From: Bacteroidia bacterium
GTDB taxonomy: Bacteria > Bacteroidota > Bacteroidia > 2-12-FULL-35-15
Length of the DNA stretch: 64,000 nucleotides
Direction of reading: 5' to 3'
Assembly: GCA_039937835.1 (NCBI GenBank)
Contig: JBDTFR010000101.1
Coordinates: 3,098 to 67,097, forward strand
Under the pieces are notes generated by a model that made no database searches, was not told the DNA's origin, and saw only the letters and a program-made list of their open reading frames with translations. Positions 27,201 through 36,840 of the stretch are shown here, one piece after another (positions within the stretch are counted from its first letter, which is position 1; every line of letters starts with the position of its first letter). Position numbers and translations under genes: made by a program.

Positions 27201-29342
27201 ATGAAAGAAAAAATGAATTACCCACACAAAAATCGAATGAAGTTTTTTAAAAATTTCTTATTGATAATTTGTTTTGCAATTACTTGCTTAACAATTAAGG
27301 CACAAGATACTACTAGTAACCCACATGATACTACTATGTATTGTCATGCTTATTTTTCAATAACCCAAGATTCTACAAATTTAAATAGTATATCTGTTAA
27401 TAATCAATCTGCTGGAAATGGCTTAGTTTATTCATGGTATTTTGGAGATGGGGCAACATCCTCATTGAAAAACCCTAGTCACACTTATACCATTAATGGT
27501 AATTATACTGTTTGTTTAAAAATCAAATCCACAGTAGATACTTGTAATGTCAGCTATTGCGAAAATGTTTCAATAGGTACTTGCAATGCTTATTTTAGTA
27601 GTTATGATTCGTTAAATGATATTTATTTCTCCAACCATAGTACTGGAAATATTTCCGATTATTTATGGGATTTTGGAGATGGCACCGTTAGTACTCTTAA
27701 GAATCCAGGCATTCATACATATCCCAAAGGAGGTTCCTACAATGTTTGCTTAACGGTTTCAAACCCACGAACATCTTGCTCTGCTAGTTATTGCAATATT
27801 GTAAAAGCTTCTTCTTGTTATGCTAATATAAGTTATACAGCAGATTCTGTTGGAAATGGCGTTTCTTTTAAGGCTATTATAAACGGAAATGTAAGTAATT
27901 ATTTATGGGATTTTGGAGATGGAACTACCTCCACAGAATCGAATCCTTATCATGATTACAATGACAATAATGGAAGCGTTGTTCGTTTAAGCATTGGTTC
28001 TAACATCGATCATTTATGTAGTGATACAATAACTAAATTTGTTAGCTATAATAATTTGTTAGCTATAACATATAAGCAAGACCCCATAAGCTACGGACTT
28101 ACATTTACACCAACGGTTAAAGGAGATGCATATAAGTATAGTTGGACATTTGGAGATGGAGTTAACTCTACAGAAACAATTCCTTATCATCAATACAATA
28201 AGGCGGGACTTTCTAAGGTGTGCTTAGTTGTTACTTCTAAAACAAATCCTCTATCTCAGAGCCAAAAATGCATTCAAATATATACTAGTAAAGACAGTTG
28301 CTCAGCTTATTTTACTACTAAAGTAGAGGATGCTGGAGGAGTAATGGTTCAAAATTTAAGCGGAGGGAATGGTACAGATTATTTATGGGATTTTGGGGAT
28401 GGTATTACGAGTACAGATAAAAACCCAGTGCCTCATATCTATAAAAAAGTGGGAGAGTATAAGATATCTTTAACCGTTTTTAACCCTTTAACATCATGCT
28501 CTTCTTTTTATTATCAAATGGTTAATAATCGTACATGTTATGGAACATTTAACGCTACGATAGGCGCTAATGGTTCAGATGTAGCATTCAAGTCGAACGT
28601 AAGTGCAAGTGTTGATCAATATAGTTGGGATTTTGGAGATGGAACAGTTTCATTTGAAGCGAATCCTCATCATGTTTATTTAACACTTGGTAAATTTAGT
28701 GTTTCTTTAAAAATTTCTTCAAGTTTAGATTCAACTTGTAGCTATAGTTGCTATAAAGTAGTTAATATTGGCACTATGTGCAGTGCTAAATTTTCTATTG
28801 TAAAAGACTCTGTAAATACTAATAATGTATTTATTTATTACCCATCTACAGCAAACTCAACAACATTATATTCTTGGAATTTTGGAGATGGTGGCGTTTC
28901 AAATTTACAATACCCTTCGCATACCTTTAACAACAAAGGTTTTTATCAAGTATGTTTAACAGTTACGAATGATACTATTTGCAGCGACACCTATTGCGAT
29001 ACAATTAGATTAGGGCGTGCAAGCGAATTTACGCTTACTGTTGTAAATCCATTAGCTTTAGGAATAAAGGATATTCAACCTTCATCTATTGGTCTAGAGA
29101 ATTATCCTAATCCGTTTACATTTTCAACTACAATCAATTACAGCATTCCAGTAAATGGCGCTGTTGATTTATATGTAATGGATTTACTGGGTAATAAAAT
29201 TAAAACAATTGAACAAGAGAATAGAGTAGGAGGAAAGTATAGTGCAGAGTGGAAACCTGAAAATGTTGCAAACGGCATATATCTATTGCAATTAAAAGTA
29301 AATAGTCACGTAATTACTAAAAAAATTATAGTTAATAAATAA
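27201..29342 (+). CDS. Seven-PKD-repeat surface protein with a T9SS type-A CTD
   Basis: Seven W.FGDG....S....NP.H.Y modules. The CTD is ENYPNPFTFSTTINYSIP...GIYLLQLKVNSHVITKKIIVNK. The signal peptide begins at the MKFFKNFLLIICF Met (27237), which may be the true start. Confidence 0.85.
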   Translation: MKEKMNYPHKNRMKFFKNFLLIICFAITCLTIKAQDTTSNPHDTTMYCHAYFSITQDSTNLNSISVNNQSAGNGLVYSWYFGDGATSSLKNPSHTYTINGNYTVCLKIKSTVDTCNVSYCENVSIGTCNAYFSSYDSLNDIYFSNHSTGNISDYLWDFGDGTVSTLKNPGIHTYPKGGSYNVCLTVSNPRTSCSASYCNIVKASSCYANISYTADSVGNGVSFKAIINGNVSNYLWDFGDGTTSTESNPYHDYNDNNGSVVRLSIGSNIDHLCSDTITKFVSYNNLLAITYKQDPISYGLTFTPTVKGDAYKYSWTFGDGVNSTETIPYHQYNKAGLSKVCLVVTSKTNPLSQSQKCIQIYTSKDSCSAYFTTKVEDAGGVMVQNLSGGNGTDYLWDFGDGITSTDKNPVPHIYKKVGEYKISLTVFNPLTSCSSFYYQMVNNRTCYGTFNATIGANGSDVAFKSNVSASVDQYSWDFGDGTVSFEANPHHVYLTLGKFSVSLKISSSLDSTCSYSCYKVVNIGTMCSAKFSIVKDSVNTNNVFIYYPSTANSTTLYSWNFGDGGVSNLQYPSHTFNNKGFYQVCLTVTNDTICSDTYCDTIRLGRASEFTLTVVNPLALGIKDIQPSSIGLENYPNPFTFSTTINYSIPVNGAVDLYVMDLLGNKIKTIEQENRVGGKYSAEWKPENVANGIYLLQLKVNSHVITKKIIVNK

Positions 29343-29461
29343 TTAGATTGGTTCTATAAATTTTGATGTAGAAGAAGGCTGGTAAAAGTAAATATACATT
29401 GCTTAGTTTTAGGTTGACTTATAAAAGCTAAAACATTGTAAAACTACTTTTAACAGCCTTC

Positions 29462-30349
29462 TTACATTATTTTTAAATACCGTTTTAAAATACTATTTCC
29501 AAAAACAGTAGCAAGGATTATTAATGTTCCAAGATAAAAACCAGGCGTCATAGCTTCGTCTTTTCTCCATAAAAAATAAGCAATAATAATTCCGTAAACG
29601 GTTTCTAAATTAACGGTAAGTGACACAGTGTAAGGACTAATTTTTTTCATCAAATTAACGCTAGCTATAAAAGGGAAGGCAGTACCGATAATTGAAAAGA
29701 TTAATAACCAACCCCATGCTGTTGGGGTAATAACAAAAAAGTCTGGTGTAAATTTACCAGTAAGTAACAAATAAATAGAGAGTGCTAAAAAGCCTCCACC
29801 TAATTCGTAAATGGTAATAACAGAAGGCGGTATTCTTTTAACTAATAAACTATTAAATACCATAAATAAAGAAGAAGTAAATGCCGCTAACATTCCAAAA
29901 ATAATTCCATACATGTAGCGCATTTCTACTTTAAATATCATTGCGATAGCTGCAATAATGAGCATCCCGAATCCAATTTCGTAATTTATAATTTTACGTT
30001 TATAAAATAAAGGTTCTATAATTGAAGTAAATAATGCGCCCGTTGCAAAAGCCACTAATGTTACAGAGACATTTGATATATTGATGGCATTGTAAAAACA
30101 AAACCAATGAAATGCAATAATAGAACCAACGCCAATTAATTTAAAAATATCTTTTTTAGGTAGTTTAATACTTTGGTTGGTAAGTGATAAATAAATGCCA
30201 ACAGTAATAACAGTAAGTAACATTCTAAACCACACTAATTGTAAAGCTATTAGCCCTTCTATATTAATTAGCTTACCTAAAATGGGAGACCAACCCCAAA
30301 TAAAAACAATGAAGTGTAATAAAAGAAGGTTTTTGTTTTTGAAAATCAC
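29462..30349 (-). CDS. EamA/DMT-family transporter
   Basis: 295 aa, about 10 hydrophobic helices, duplicated EamA-like halves. Confidence 0.8.
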   Translation of the reverse strand: MIFKNKNLLLLHFIVFIWGWSPILGKLINIEGLIALQLVWFRMLLTVITVGIYLSLTNQSIKLPKKDIFKLIGVGSIIAFHWFCFYNAINISNVSVTLVAFATGALFTSIIEPLFYKRKIINYEIGFGMLIIAAIAMIFKVEMRYMYGIIFGMLAAFTSSLFMVFNSLLVKRIPPSVITIYELGGGFLALSIYLLLTGKFTPDFFVITPTAWGWLLIFSIIGTAFPFIASVNLMKKISPYTVSLTVNLETVYGIIIAYFLWRKDEAMTPGFYLGTLIILATVFGNSILKRYLKIM

Positions 30350-30415
30350 CAGCAGTAAATCTAATTATGTTATAGTAAACAGACAAGAAAAAGGATATGA
30401 ATTTACTGCTTTCAC

Positions 30416-31711
30416 TTATTCGAACCGTTCGGTTACTTTTGCCTCTACATACTCTAGTAATTCTGGCAGTTTAATACCTTCAACTACTTCCGATGCAAAA
30501 GCATGCATTAACATTTTTTTTGCTGATAATTCACTTAATCCCCGAGCTCGTAAATAAAATATTTTGTCTGTATCTAATTTTCCTGTTGAAGTACCGTGTG
30601 AGCATTTTACATCATCCGCATAAATTTCTAGTTGTGGTTTGGTGTTTACCGTACCATCATCACTCAATAAAATGTTTTTGTTAGATTGAAAAGCATTGGT
30701 TTTTTGAGCATCTTTTCTAACAAATATTTTTCCATTAAATGTGGCTGATGATTTATCTTCAATAATGCCTTTATATAATTCGTTGCTATTACAATTAGAT
30801 TTCCAGTGATCTACTAACGTATGGTTATCTACCACTTGATTGTCTTTTGTAAGATATAATCCGTTTAAATGCGTCTCAATATGCTCGCCATCTAAAACAA
30901 TAGTAAGGTTGTTTCTTACTAAGGCCCCACTTAATATAAAGGTGTTAGTTGTAAAAACGCTTTTTGATTTTTGATAAATTTGTGTGGTATTAATTAAATA
31001 ACCAAATTCACTTTCATCTTGAATTTTGTAATGATTAACATTTGCATTTTCTTCAATTACTATTTCGGTTAATGCATTGTTTATTGTTGTTGCCGTTGAG
31101 TCAATTGATTGATAAGATTCTATTAACTGGACTTGAGCATTTTCCCCTACCACTATTAAATTACGTGGGTTTGTAAACGTATTTTCAGTTACCGAACTTA
31201 TATGCAAAATGTGAATGGGTGTTTCAAATACAATACCTTTAGGAATATATATAAATACGCCACTAACTGCCATAGCCGTATTTAATGCAATAAAAGCATC
31301 TGTACTAATATCAGCATATTTTGAATAATGATTTTTAAATATTTCTAATTCAGAAGATTTACAAATATCTAAAATTTGTATTTCTTTGGGCAAACCATCA
31401 ATTGTTGATAAGGATTGGTTAAAAAATCCATTTTCAATAACAATGGTTTTTGCATTTTTTAAAAAACTTTTACTATTAATTTGCTGGCTAGTTAGTGATT
31501 TTTTTGCTGGCGAAGAAAATTCCCCCTTCAACATGACATCCAAATTCAAATATTTATACTCTTCATGCTTACGGGTAGGAATGCCTTGTTTTTCAAAAAA
31601 ATTGATTGCTAATTCGCGTAATGATCCACTACCAAATAACGTGTTTTTTGAAGATTGAAATTGGGTAATTAATTTATTTTTTAAGATGGTTTTTTTTGTA
31701 ATGGTTTCCAT
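30416..31711 (-). CDS. sufD: Fe-S cluster assembly protein SufD
   Basis: 431 aa. It follows sufC, and its C-terminal beta-helix region (PQLEIYADDVKCSHGTSTGKLD...FYLRARGL) is typical of SufD. Confidence 0.9.
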   Translation of the reverse strand: METITKKTILKNKLITQFQSSKNTLFGSGSLRELAINFFEKQGIPTRKHEEYKYLNLDVMLKGEFSSPAKKSLTSQQINSKSFLKNAKTIVIENGFFNQSLSTIDGLPKEIQILDICKSSELEIFKNHYSKYADISTDAFIALNTAMAVSGVFIYIPKGIVFETPIHILHISSVTENTFTNPRNLIVVGENAQVQLIESYQSIDSTATTINNALTEIVIEENANVNHYKIQDESEFGYLINTTQIYQKSKSVFTTNTFILSGALVRNNLTIVLDGEHIETHLNGLYLTKDNQVVDNHTLVDHWKSNCNSNELYKGIIEDKSSATFNGKIFVRKDAQKTNAFQSNKNILLSDDGTVNTKPQLEIYADDVKCSHGTSTGKLDTDKIFYLRARGLSELSAKKMLMHAFASEVVEGIKLPELLEYVEAKVTERFE

Positions 31712-31775
31712 TTATTTATTGAATCAAAAAAACATTAACATTGGGATTTAAATAAAGAGTGCAGTAAACGATTTG

Positions 31776-32528
31776 TTAAATTTCGACTTCTGCTTTAATA
31801 AAATCATATCCTTTTTCTTCTAACTCTAAAGCAAGTTCTTTTGATCCTGTTTTTACAATTTTCCCTTTATATAAAATATGTACCACATCTGGTACTATAT
31901 AGTCTAATAAACGCTGATAATGGGTAATTACAATTGTTGCATTCTCTTTTGATTTTAATTTATTTACTCCATTTGCAACAATTCGTAAAGCATCAATATC
32001 AAGTCCACTATCGGTTTCATCTAAAATAGCTAATTTAGGTTCAAGCATAGCCATCTGAAATATTTCATTTCTTTTTTTCTCTCCTCCGCTAAAACCTTCG
32101 TTAACACTACGGCTTGCCAATTTAGCATCTAACTCTACTAATTTTTGTTTTTCTTTTAACATTACTAAAAAATCTTTCGCTTCCATTGGTGGTAGCCCTT
32201 TGTAATTCCGAATTTCATTAATAGCTGTTTTTAAAAAGTTAACATTACTTACTCCAGGTATTTCTACAGGGTATTGAAATGCAAGAAAAATCCCCTCTCT
32301 CGCTCTATCTTCAGGAGAAAGCGCTAATAAATTTTTACCATTAAAAATTACTTCGCCTTCGGTAACTTCATAATCTTCTCTACCCGCTAATACCGCAGAT
32401 AAAGTACTTTTCCCGGAACCGTTAGGTCCCATAATAGCATGCACTTCACCTGCTTTTATTTCTAAATTAATTCCTCTTAAAATTTCTTTTCCGTCAATCG
32501 ACGCATGTAAATTTTTTATACTTAACAT
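31776..32528 (-). CDS. sufC: Fe-S cluster assembly ATPase SufC
   Basis: Walker A GPNGSGKST, signature FSGGEKKRNEI, Walker B LAILDETDSGLD. Confidence 0.95.
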   Translation of the reverse strand: MLSIKNLHASIDGKEILRGINLEIKAGEVHAIMGPNGSGKSTLSAVLAGREDYEVTEGEVIFNGKNLLALSPEDRAREGIFLAFQYPVEIPGVSNVNFLKTAINEIRNYKGLPPMEAKDFLVMLKEKQKLVELDAKLASRSVNEGFSGGEKKRNEIFQMAMLEPKLAILDETDSGLDIDALRIVANGVNKLKSKENATIVITHYQRLLDYIVPDVVHILYKGKIVKTGSKELALELEEKGYDFIKAEVEI

Positions 32529-32631
32529 AAGCCCTCCAACCTCGCTTGAGGTATTTTAAATAATTATTTTAATATATTTTTGAATGTAGATACAATTTAA
32601 TTTTTTTGAATTGTATTTAGAATTTTTATAC

Positions 32632-34083
32632 CTAACCCACACTTCCTTCTAAACTAACTGCTAACAGTTTTTGCGCCTCTACTGCAAATTCCATCGGTAA
32701 TTTGTTTAATACATCTTTGCAATAACCGTTTACAATTAAGCCAATTGCTTTTTCATTGTCGATTCCGCGTTGCTTACAATAAAATAATTGATCTTCACCA
32801 ATTTTTGAAGTCGTCGCTTCGTGTTCTACTATTGCTGTTTTATCTTTAATTTCAATATAAGGAAAGGTATGGGCACCACATTTATCACTCATTAATAAGC
32901 TATCGCATTGCGAAAAATTTCTAGCATTAGTAGCACCCTTTGCTATTCGCACTAATCCTCTATAACTATTATTACTAAAGCCTGCTGAAATACCTTTGGA
33001 AATGATAGTGCTACGGGTATTTTTACCAAGGTGTATCATTTTTGTGCCTGTATCTGCTTGTTGGTAGTTATTAGTAAGTGCCACCGAATAAAACTCACCT
33101 ACTGAGTTATCACCTTTTAATATTACAGAAGGATATTTCCAGGTAACTGCAGAGCCTGTTTCTACTTGTGTCCAAGATATTTTTGAATAATCTTCTAAAC
33201 AAACACCGCGCTTTGTAACAAAATTAAATACACCGCCTTTACCATTTTTATCTCCTGGATACCAGTTTTGTACGGTACTGTATTTGACTTCTGCATTTTT
33301 ATGTGCAATGATTTCTACCACAGCAGCGTGTAATTGGTTCTCATCCCGAGAAGGGGCGGTACAACCTTCTAAATAACTTACGTAGGAATCTTCATCCGCG
33401 ATAATTAGTGTTCGCTCAAATTGTCCTGTACCAGCCGTATTAATTCGGAAGTAAGTGGATAGTTCCATTGGACAACGAACTCCTTTAGGAATATAGCAAA
33501 AAGATCCATCTGTGAAAACAGCTGAATTTAGGGCAGCATAGAAGTTATCGGTATAAGGAACTACTGAACTCATGTATTTACGAACCAACTCCGGATGTTC
33601 TTGTACGGCTTCACTGAAAGAGCAAAAAATGATGCCTTTTTCAGATAAGGTTTCTTTAAAAGTTGTTTTTACAGAAACACTATCCATTACAATATCAACT
33701 GCTATTCTACTTTCAACACCCGAAAGACGCTTTTGTTCTTCAATGGAAATACCAAGTTTTTCAAACGTTTTTAATAGTTCAGGATCTACTTCATCTAAAC
33801 TATTTAACTGTTTTTTTTGTTTTGGAGCAGAATAATAGATAATATCCTGAAAATTTGGTTTTTGATAAGAAACGTGAGCCCATTGAGGCTCTTCTAAGGT
33901 TAACCAATGGCGATAAGCTTTTAGTCGGTATTCTAGCATCCACGAAGGCTCATTTTTTTTATTTGAAATAAAGCGAATGATGTCTTCGTTTAAACCTTTG
34001 GGAGCATTATCTGCTTCGATATCGGTAACAAAACCGAATTTATACTCTCCACTAATGTGTTCTGCTAATACTTCGTTACTCAT
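32632..34083 (-). CDS. sufB: Fe-S cluster assembly scaffold SufB
   Basis: 483 aa. YKFGF..., [10 protein letters not shown]..., [21 protein letters not shown]. Confidence 0.95.
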   Translation of the reverse strand: MSNEVLAEHISGEYKFGFVTDIEADNAPKGLNEDIIRFISNKKNEPSWMLEYRLKAYRHWLTLEEPQWAHVSYQKPNFQDIIYYSAPKQKKQLNSLDEVDPELLKTFEKLGISIEEQKRLSGVESRIAVDIVMDSVSVKTTFKETLSEKGIIFCSFSEAVQEHPELVRKYMSSVVPYTDNFYAALNSAVFTDGSFCYIPKGVRCPMELSTYFRINTAGTGQFERTLIIADEDSYVSYLEGCTAPSRDENQLHAAVVEIIAHKNAEVKYSTVQNWYPGDKNGKGGVFNFVTKRGVCLEDYSKISWTQVETGSAVTWKYPSVILKGDNSVGEFYSVALTNNYQQADTGTKMIHLGKNTRSTIISKGISAGFSNNSYRGLVRIAKGATNARNFSQCDSLLMSDKCGAHTFPYIEIKDKTAIVEHEATTSKIGEDQLFYCKQRGIDNEKAIGLIVNGYCKDVLNKLPMEFAVEAQKLLAVSLEGSVG

Positions 34084-34203
34084 AAACCCCTCCTATAAAT
34101 CCTCCCATGTATTGGTTAATAAACCATTTTTTTTATCTTATTTTTCTGGGTGGATTGGTATTTAATTTTAAAATTTTAAGATAAAAATGTAATACACTAA
34201 ATG

Positions 34204-34530
34204 CTATACACTAAATGATTCTCCACATCCACAGGTTCTGTTGGCGTTAGGGTTTTTAAATACAAACCCTTTTCCATTTAAGCCTCCACTATAATCTAAT
34301 TCAGTACCTATCAAATACAAAAAACTTTTTTTATCTACTGCTATTTTTATTCCTTTATCTTCAAAAACTTGATCGCCCTCTTTAAGAAGATGGTCAAACT
34401 CTAGTTTATAAGATAAACCCGAACATCCCCCGCCATCAACTCCCACACGAATAAAGGTTTCTTCAGGTAAGCTTTCGTTTTTTATTAGTTCTAATGCATG
34501 TTGTTTTGCATTTTCTGAAACGGTTATCAT
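34204..34530 (-). CDS. HesB/IscA/SufA-family iron-sulfur cluster insertion protein
   Basis: 108 aa. GGCSGLSY and the C-terminal CGCGESF motif. It is the first gene of the suf cluster. Confidence 0.9.
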   Translation of the reverse strand: MITVSENAKQHALELIKNESLPEETFIRVGVDGGGCSGLSYKLEFDHLLKEGDQVFEDKGIKIAVDKKSFLYLIGTELDYSGGLNGKGFVFKNPNANRTCGCGESFSV

Positions 34531-34722
34531 TGTTGTAGTTATTTTATTGAAAATGAATTGCTTGTGACATAATCTTATTTAGATTAGTTCTAAACTCTTT
34601 GCAAAAATACCTAAAAAAAGGTATTGTACCAAATAATATATAAACTATAAAATCAATTATTCAATGCTATTATATAACAAAATACCGTATTAGTTTTATA
34701 AAGGTATATTGGTTTAAAACCA

Positions 34723-34730
34723 TAATTTTG
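34723..34730 (+). promoter_or_regulatory. TAnnTTTG -7 box upstream of purN
   Basis: TAATTTTG lies 27 nt upstream of the ATG at 34757. Confidence 0.35.
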
Positions 34731-34756
34731 CCAATTATTATTTACAAATTTTTAAT

Positions 34757-35335
34757 ATGAAAAACATTGCCATTTTTGCTTCAGGAGAAGGTACAAACGC
34801 TCAAAATATTATTAATTATTTTAAAAATGATGCTCAAGTAAAGGTGGCATTAGTAGTTTGTAATAAACCACAAGCAAATGTGCTTAAACGTGCTCAAGAA
34901 GCTGCTATTCCAACTTTTTTAATTAACCGAAATAATTTTATAGACAGTGATGAAGCCGTGAATGTTTTAAAAAATGCAAAAATTGATTTGATTGTATTGG
35001 CTGGTTTCTTATGGTTAATCCCTACTAACCTTATAAAAGTCTATCCTAATGAAATAATAAATATTCATCCCGCTTTATTACCAAAATATGGAGGTAAAGG
35101 AATGTATGGAATGAATGTGCATAAAGCGGTGATCGCAAATCAGGAGAATGAAAGCGGTATTTCAATTCATTATGTAAATGAGAATTATGACGAAGGAAAA
35201 ATCATTGATCAATATAAATGCAAAGTAACAGCCGCTGATTCGGTAGCCACTTTAGCATTAAAAATTCATGAATTAGAACAGCAATTTTTCCCGATAATAA
35301 TTGAAAAAATATTAAAATCGAAATCCGAAGGTTAG
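34757..35335 (+). CDS. purN: Phosphoribosylglycinamide formyltransferase
   Basis: IAIFASGEGTNAQNII, LAGFLWLIP and NIHPALLPKYGGKGMYG. Confidence 0.92.
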   Translation: MKNIAIFASGEGTNAQNIINYFKNDAQVKVALVVCNKPQANVLKRAQEAAIPTFLINRNNFIDSDEAVNVLKNAKIDLIVLAGFLWLIPTNLIKVYPNEIINIHPALLPKYGGKGMYGMNVHKAVIANQENESGISIHYVNENYDEGKIIDQYKCKVTAADSVATLALKIHELEQQFFPIIIEKILKSKSEG

Positions 35336-36772
35336 TAAAAAATTAGAAAGGGTATAATCGTTTCGATAGCTTAACTTCATATAACTCGGATTATATAAAT
35401 AACCGTAATCGGTATAGGTGGTTAATACATAAGCAAAATCCATAAAAAAGTTATTATGTCTATATCCCAAACCAGCAGTATAACTGTACCTGCTTGCAAA
35501 TTGGTTGTCTCCTGCAATGGGTCTAAACGGACTATCATAAAACGCAAAACCTGCTCTAACGCTGATGGGCTCAAAACGTATTTCGCCCCCTACTCTTAAA
35601 TTACCTGTAGCAGAATAATAATTACGAATACCTTTATTAACAGCAGCGAATGATTCTGGTTTAGAATGTATTTGAGCATATCTATAATCAACATATTCAT
35701 ATTCTGCATTTAGTAAAGCGCGTTTAGAAATGATAAATCCTAAACCCCCAATTACTCTAAATGGAGTGACGATGGAATAATTGAAATTTCCAGTTGGCGA
35801 TGTTTTATCATATTTATAATTATCTTCTAAATCAGATTTTATTTCGTTGCTGTATACATCTGCCATACTAATACGAGTAGGAGTATGAATGGCTGCAGCA
35901 ACGCGAATCCAATCCGCTGGTTTATAAATCAATCCTATTTTAAAGTTAATACCGGTACCCTTTGAATACAAATTTTGGTTTAGTGTAAATGATTTAAAAT
36001 AAGGAATCGTATTTTTTTTATCCGTTTCGGTATAAACCACTGCTTCGCCATAAGTTACTTTTACAAAACCTACCGTTGCTCCTACAAATAAAGTATTTCT
36101 ATAGTTTCCACCAAAACTTAAGACCGTTTCACCCATCCTGCCTTCTACATCTATTGTTTTACGCTGCGCTTTACCATAACCACTAAGTGCATTATAATAG
36201 ATTAAATTAGGATTAATAGAATCAATGGGGTTAATAAGATAGGCTTGGTAGGCTAAATTGGTAGTAAATTGATCAAAATCTTTTGGCTTGCTTCCATTTG
36301 CTTGATCCGTATATACATCTAACAAAGAGCTAGTGGTATTGTACCCACCATCAATATCTATACGGTTATTAAAATTATTAGTGCGGTTAAATCCGAACCC
36401 AAAATTTAAATTTTCCCAACCGCTAGTAGTGTCCTTTAATTTAAAAGTAGTTACCATACCAATGTTATTGATGTTAAAATCTAGTTTTTGGTCGGAGCCA
36501 CTTGTTTTATTCATGAAGCTAGCTGTATTTTGTGAAAATACAGCGGGTGTTATGGTAAATTCAGTTTTTCTAAAAATACCTATTCCTGCGGGGTTAAAAC
36601 TTAATGTTGATATATCACCACCTAAAGCACTCATCGAGCCTGCCATAGCAGTAAAGCGTGCTGTACCACCAAATGAGAGTTGAGAATAGCGCATGGCATC
36701 CACTTCATTTTGGGCACGAGTGCTAACTACACATAATAAACCGATGCTAAAACTAAAAATAATTCTTTTCAT
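35312..36772 (-). CDS. FadL/TodX-like outer-membrane beta-barrel protein
   Basis: The ATG at 36772 gives MKRIIFSFSIGLLCVVSTRAQ (signal peptide). The N-terminal hatch-like ...AMAGSMSALGGDISTLSFNPAGIG and a C-terminal aromatic end (LLTFGFRF) fit the family. The family assignment is by resemblance only. Confidence 0.6.
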   Translation of the reverse strand: MKRIIFSFSIGLLCVVSTRAQNEVDAMRYSQLSFGGTARFTAMAGSMSALGGDISTLSFNPAGIGIFRKTEFTITPAVFSQNTASFMNKTSGSDQKLDFNINNIGMVTTFKLKDTTSGWENLNFGFGFNRTNNFNNRIDIDGGYNTTSSLLDVYTDQANGSKPKDFDQFTTNLAYQAYLINPIDSINPNLIYYNALSGYGKAQRKTIDVEGRMGETVLSFGGNYRNTLFVGATVGFVKVTYGEAVVYTETDKKNTIPYFKSFTLNQNLYSKGTGINFKIGLIYKPADWIRVAAAIHTPTRISMADVYSNEIKSDLEDNYKYDKTSPTGNFNYSIVTPFRVIGGLGFIISKRALLNAEYEYVDYRYAQIHSKPESFAAVNKGIRNYYSATGNLRVGGEIRFEPISVRAGFAFYDSPFRPIAGDNQFASRYSYTAGLGYRHNNFFMDFAYVLTTYTDYGYLYNPSYMKLSYRNDYTLSNFLLTFGFRF

Positions 36773-36840
36773 AACTTCTTTAATGATGCGATTTTGAAAG
36801 TAAGCGTATATCAACTCTAGATTAATATACGCTTGCCTAA

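Noticed and set aside
29371-29465. 10-bp long-range complement (AAGAAGGCTG / CAGCCTTCTT) between the convergent PKD and EamA genes
   Set aside because: The 72-nt loop is too large for a simple terminator, and the 3' arm overlaps the EamA stop codon. It is possibly part of a compound bidirectional terminator, but the support is weak.
30416-34530. The suf cluster lacks sufS and sufE
   Set aside because: The cysteine desulfurase is often encoded elsewhere in Bacteroidota genomes. Absence from a 64-kb window is not evidence of absence.
35312-35335. 24-nt convergent overlap of the purN and FadL-like gene 3' ends
   Set aside because: Short tail-to-tail overlaps are common in compact genomes. Nothing indicates antisense regulation.
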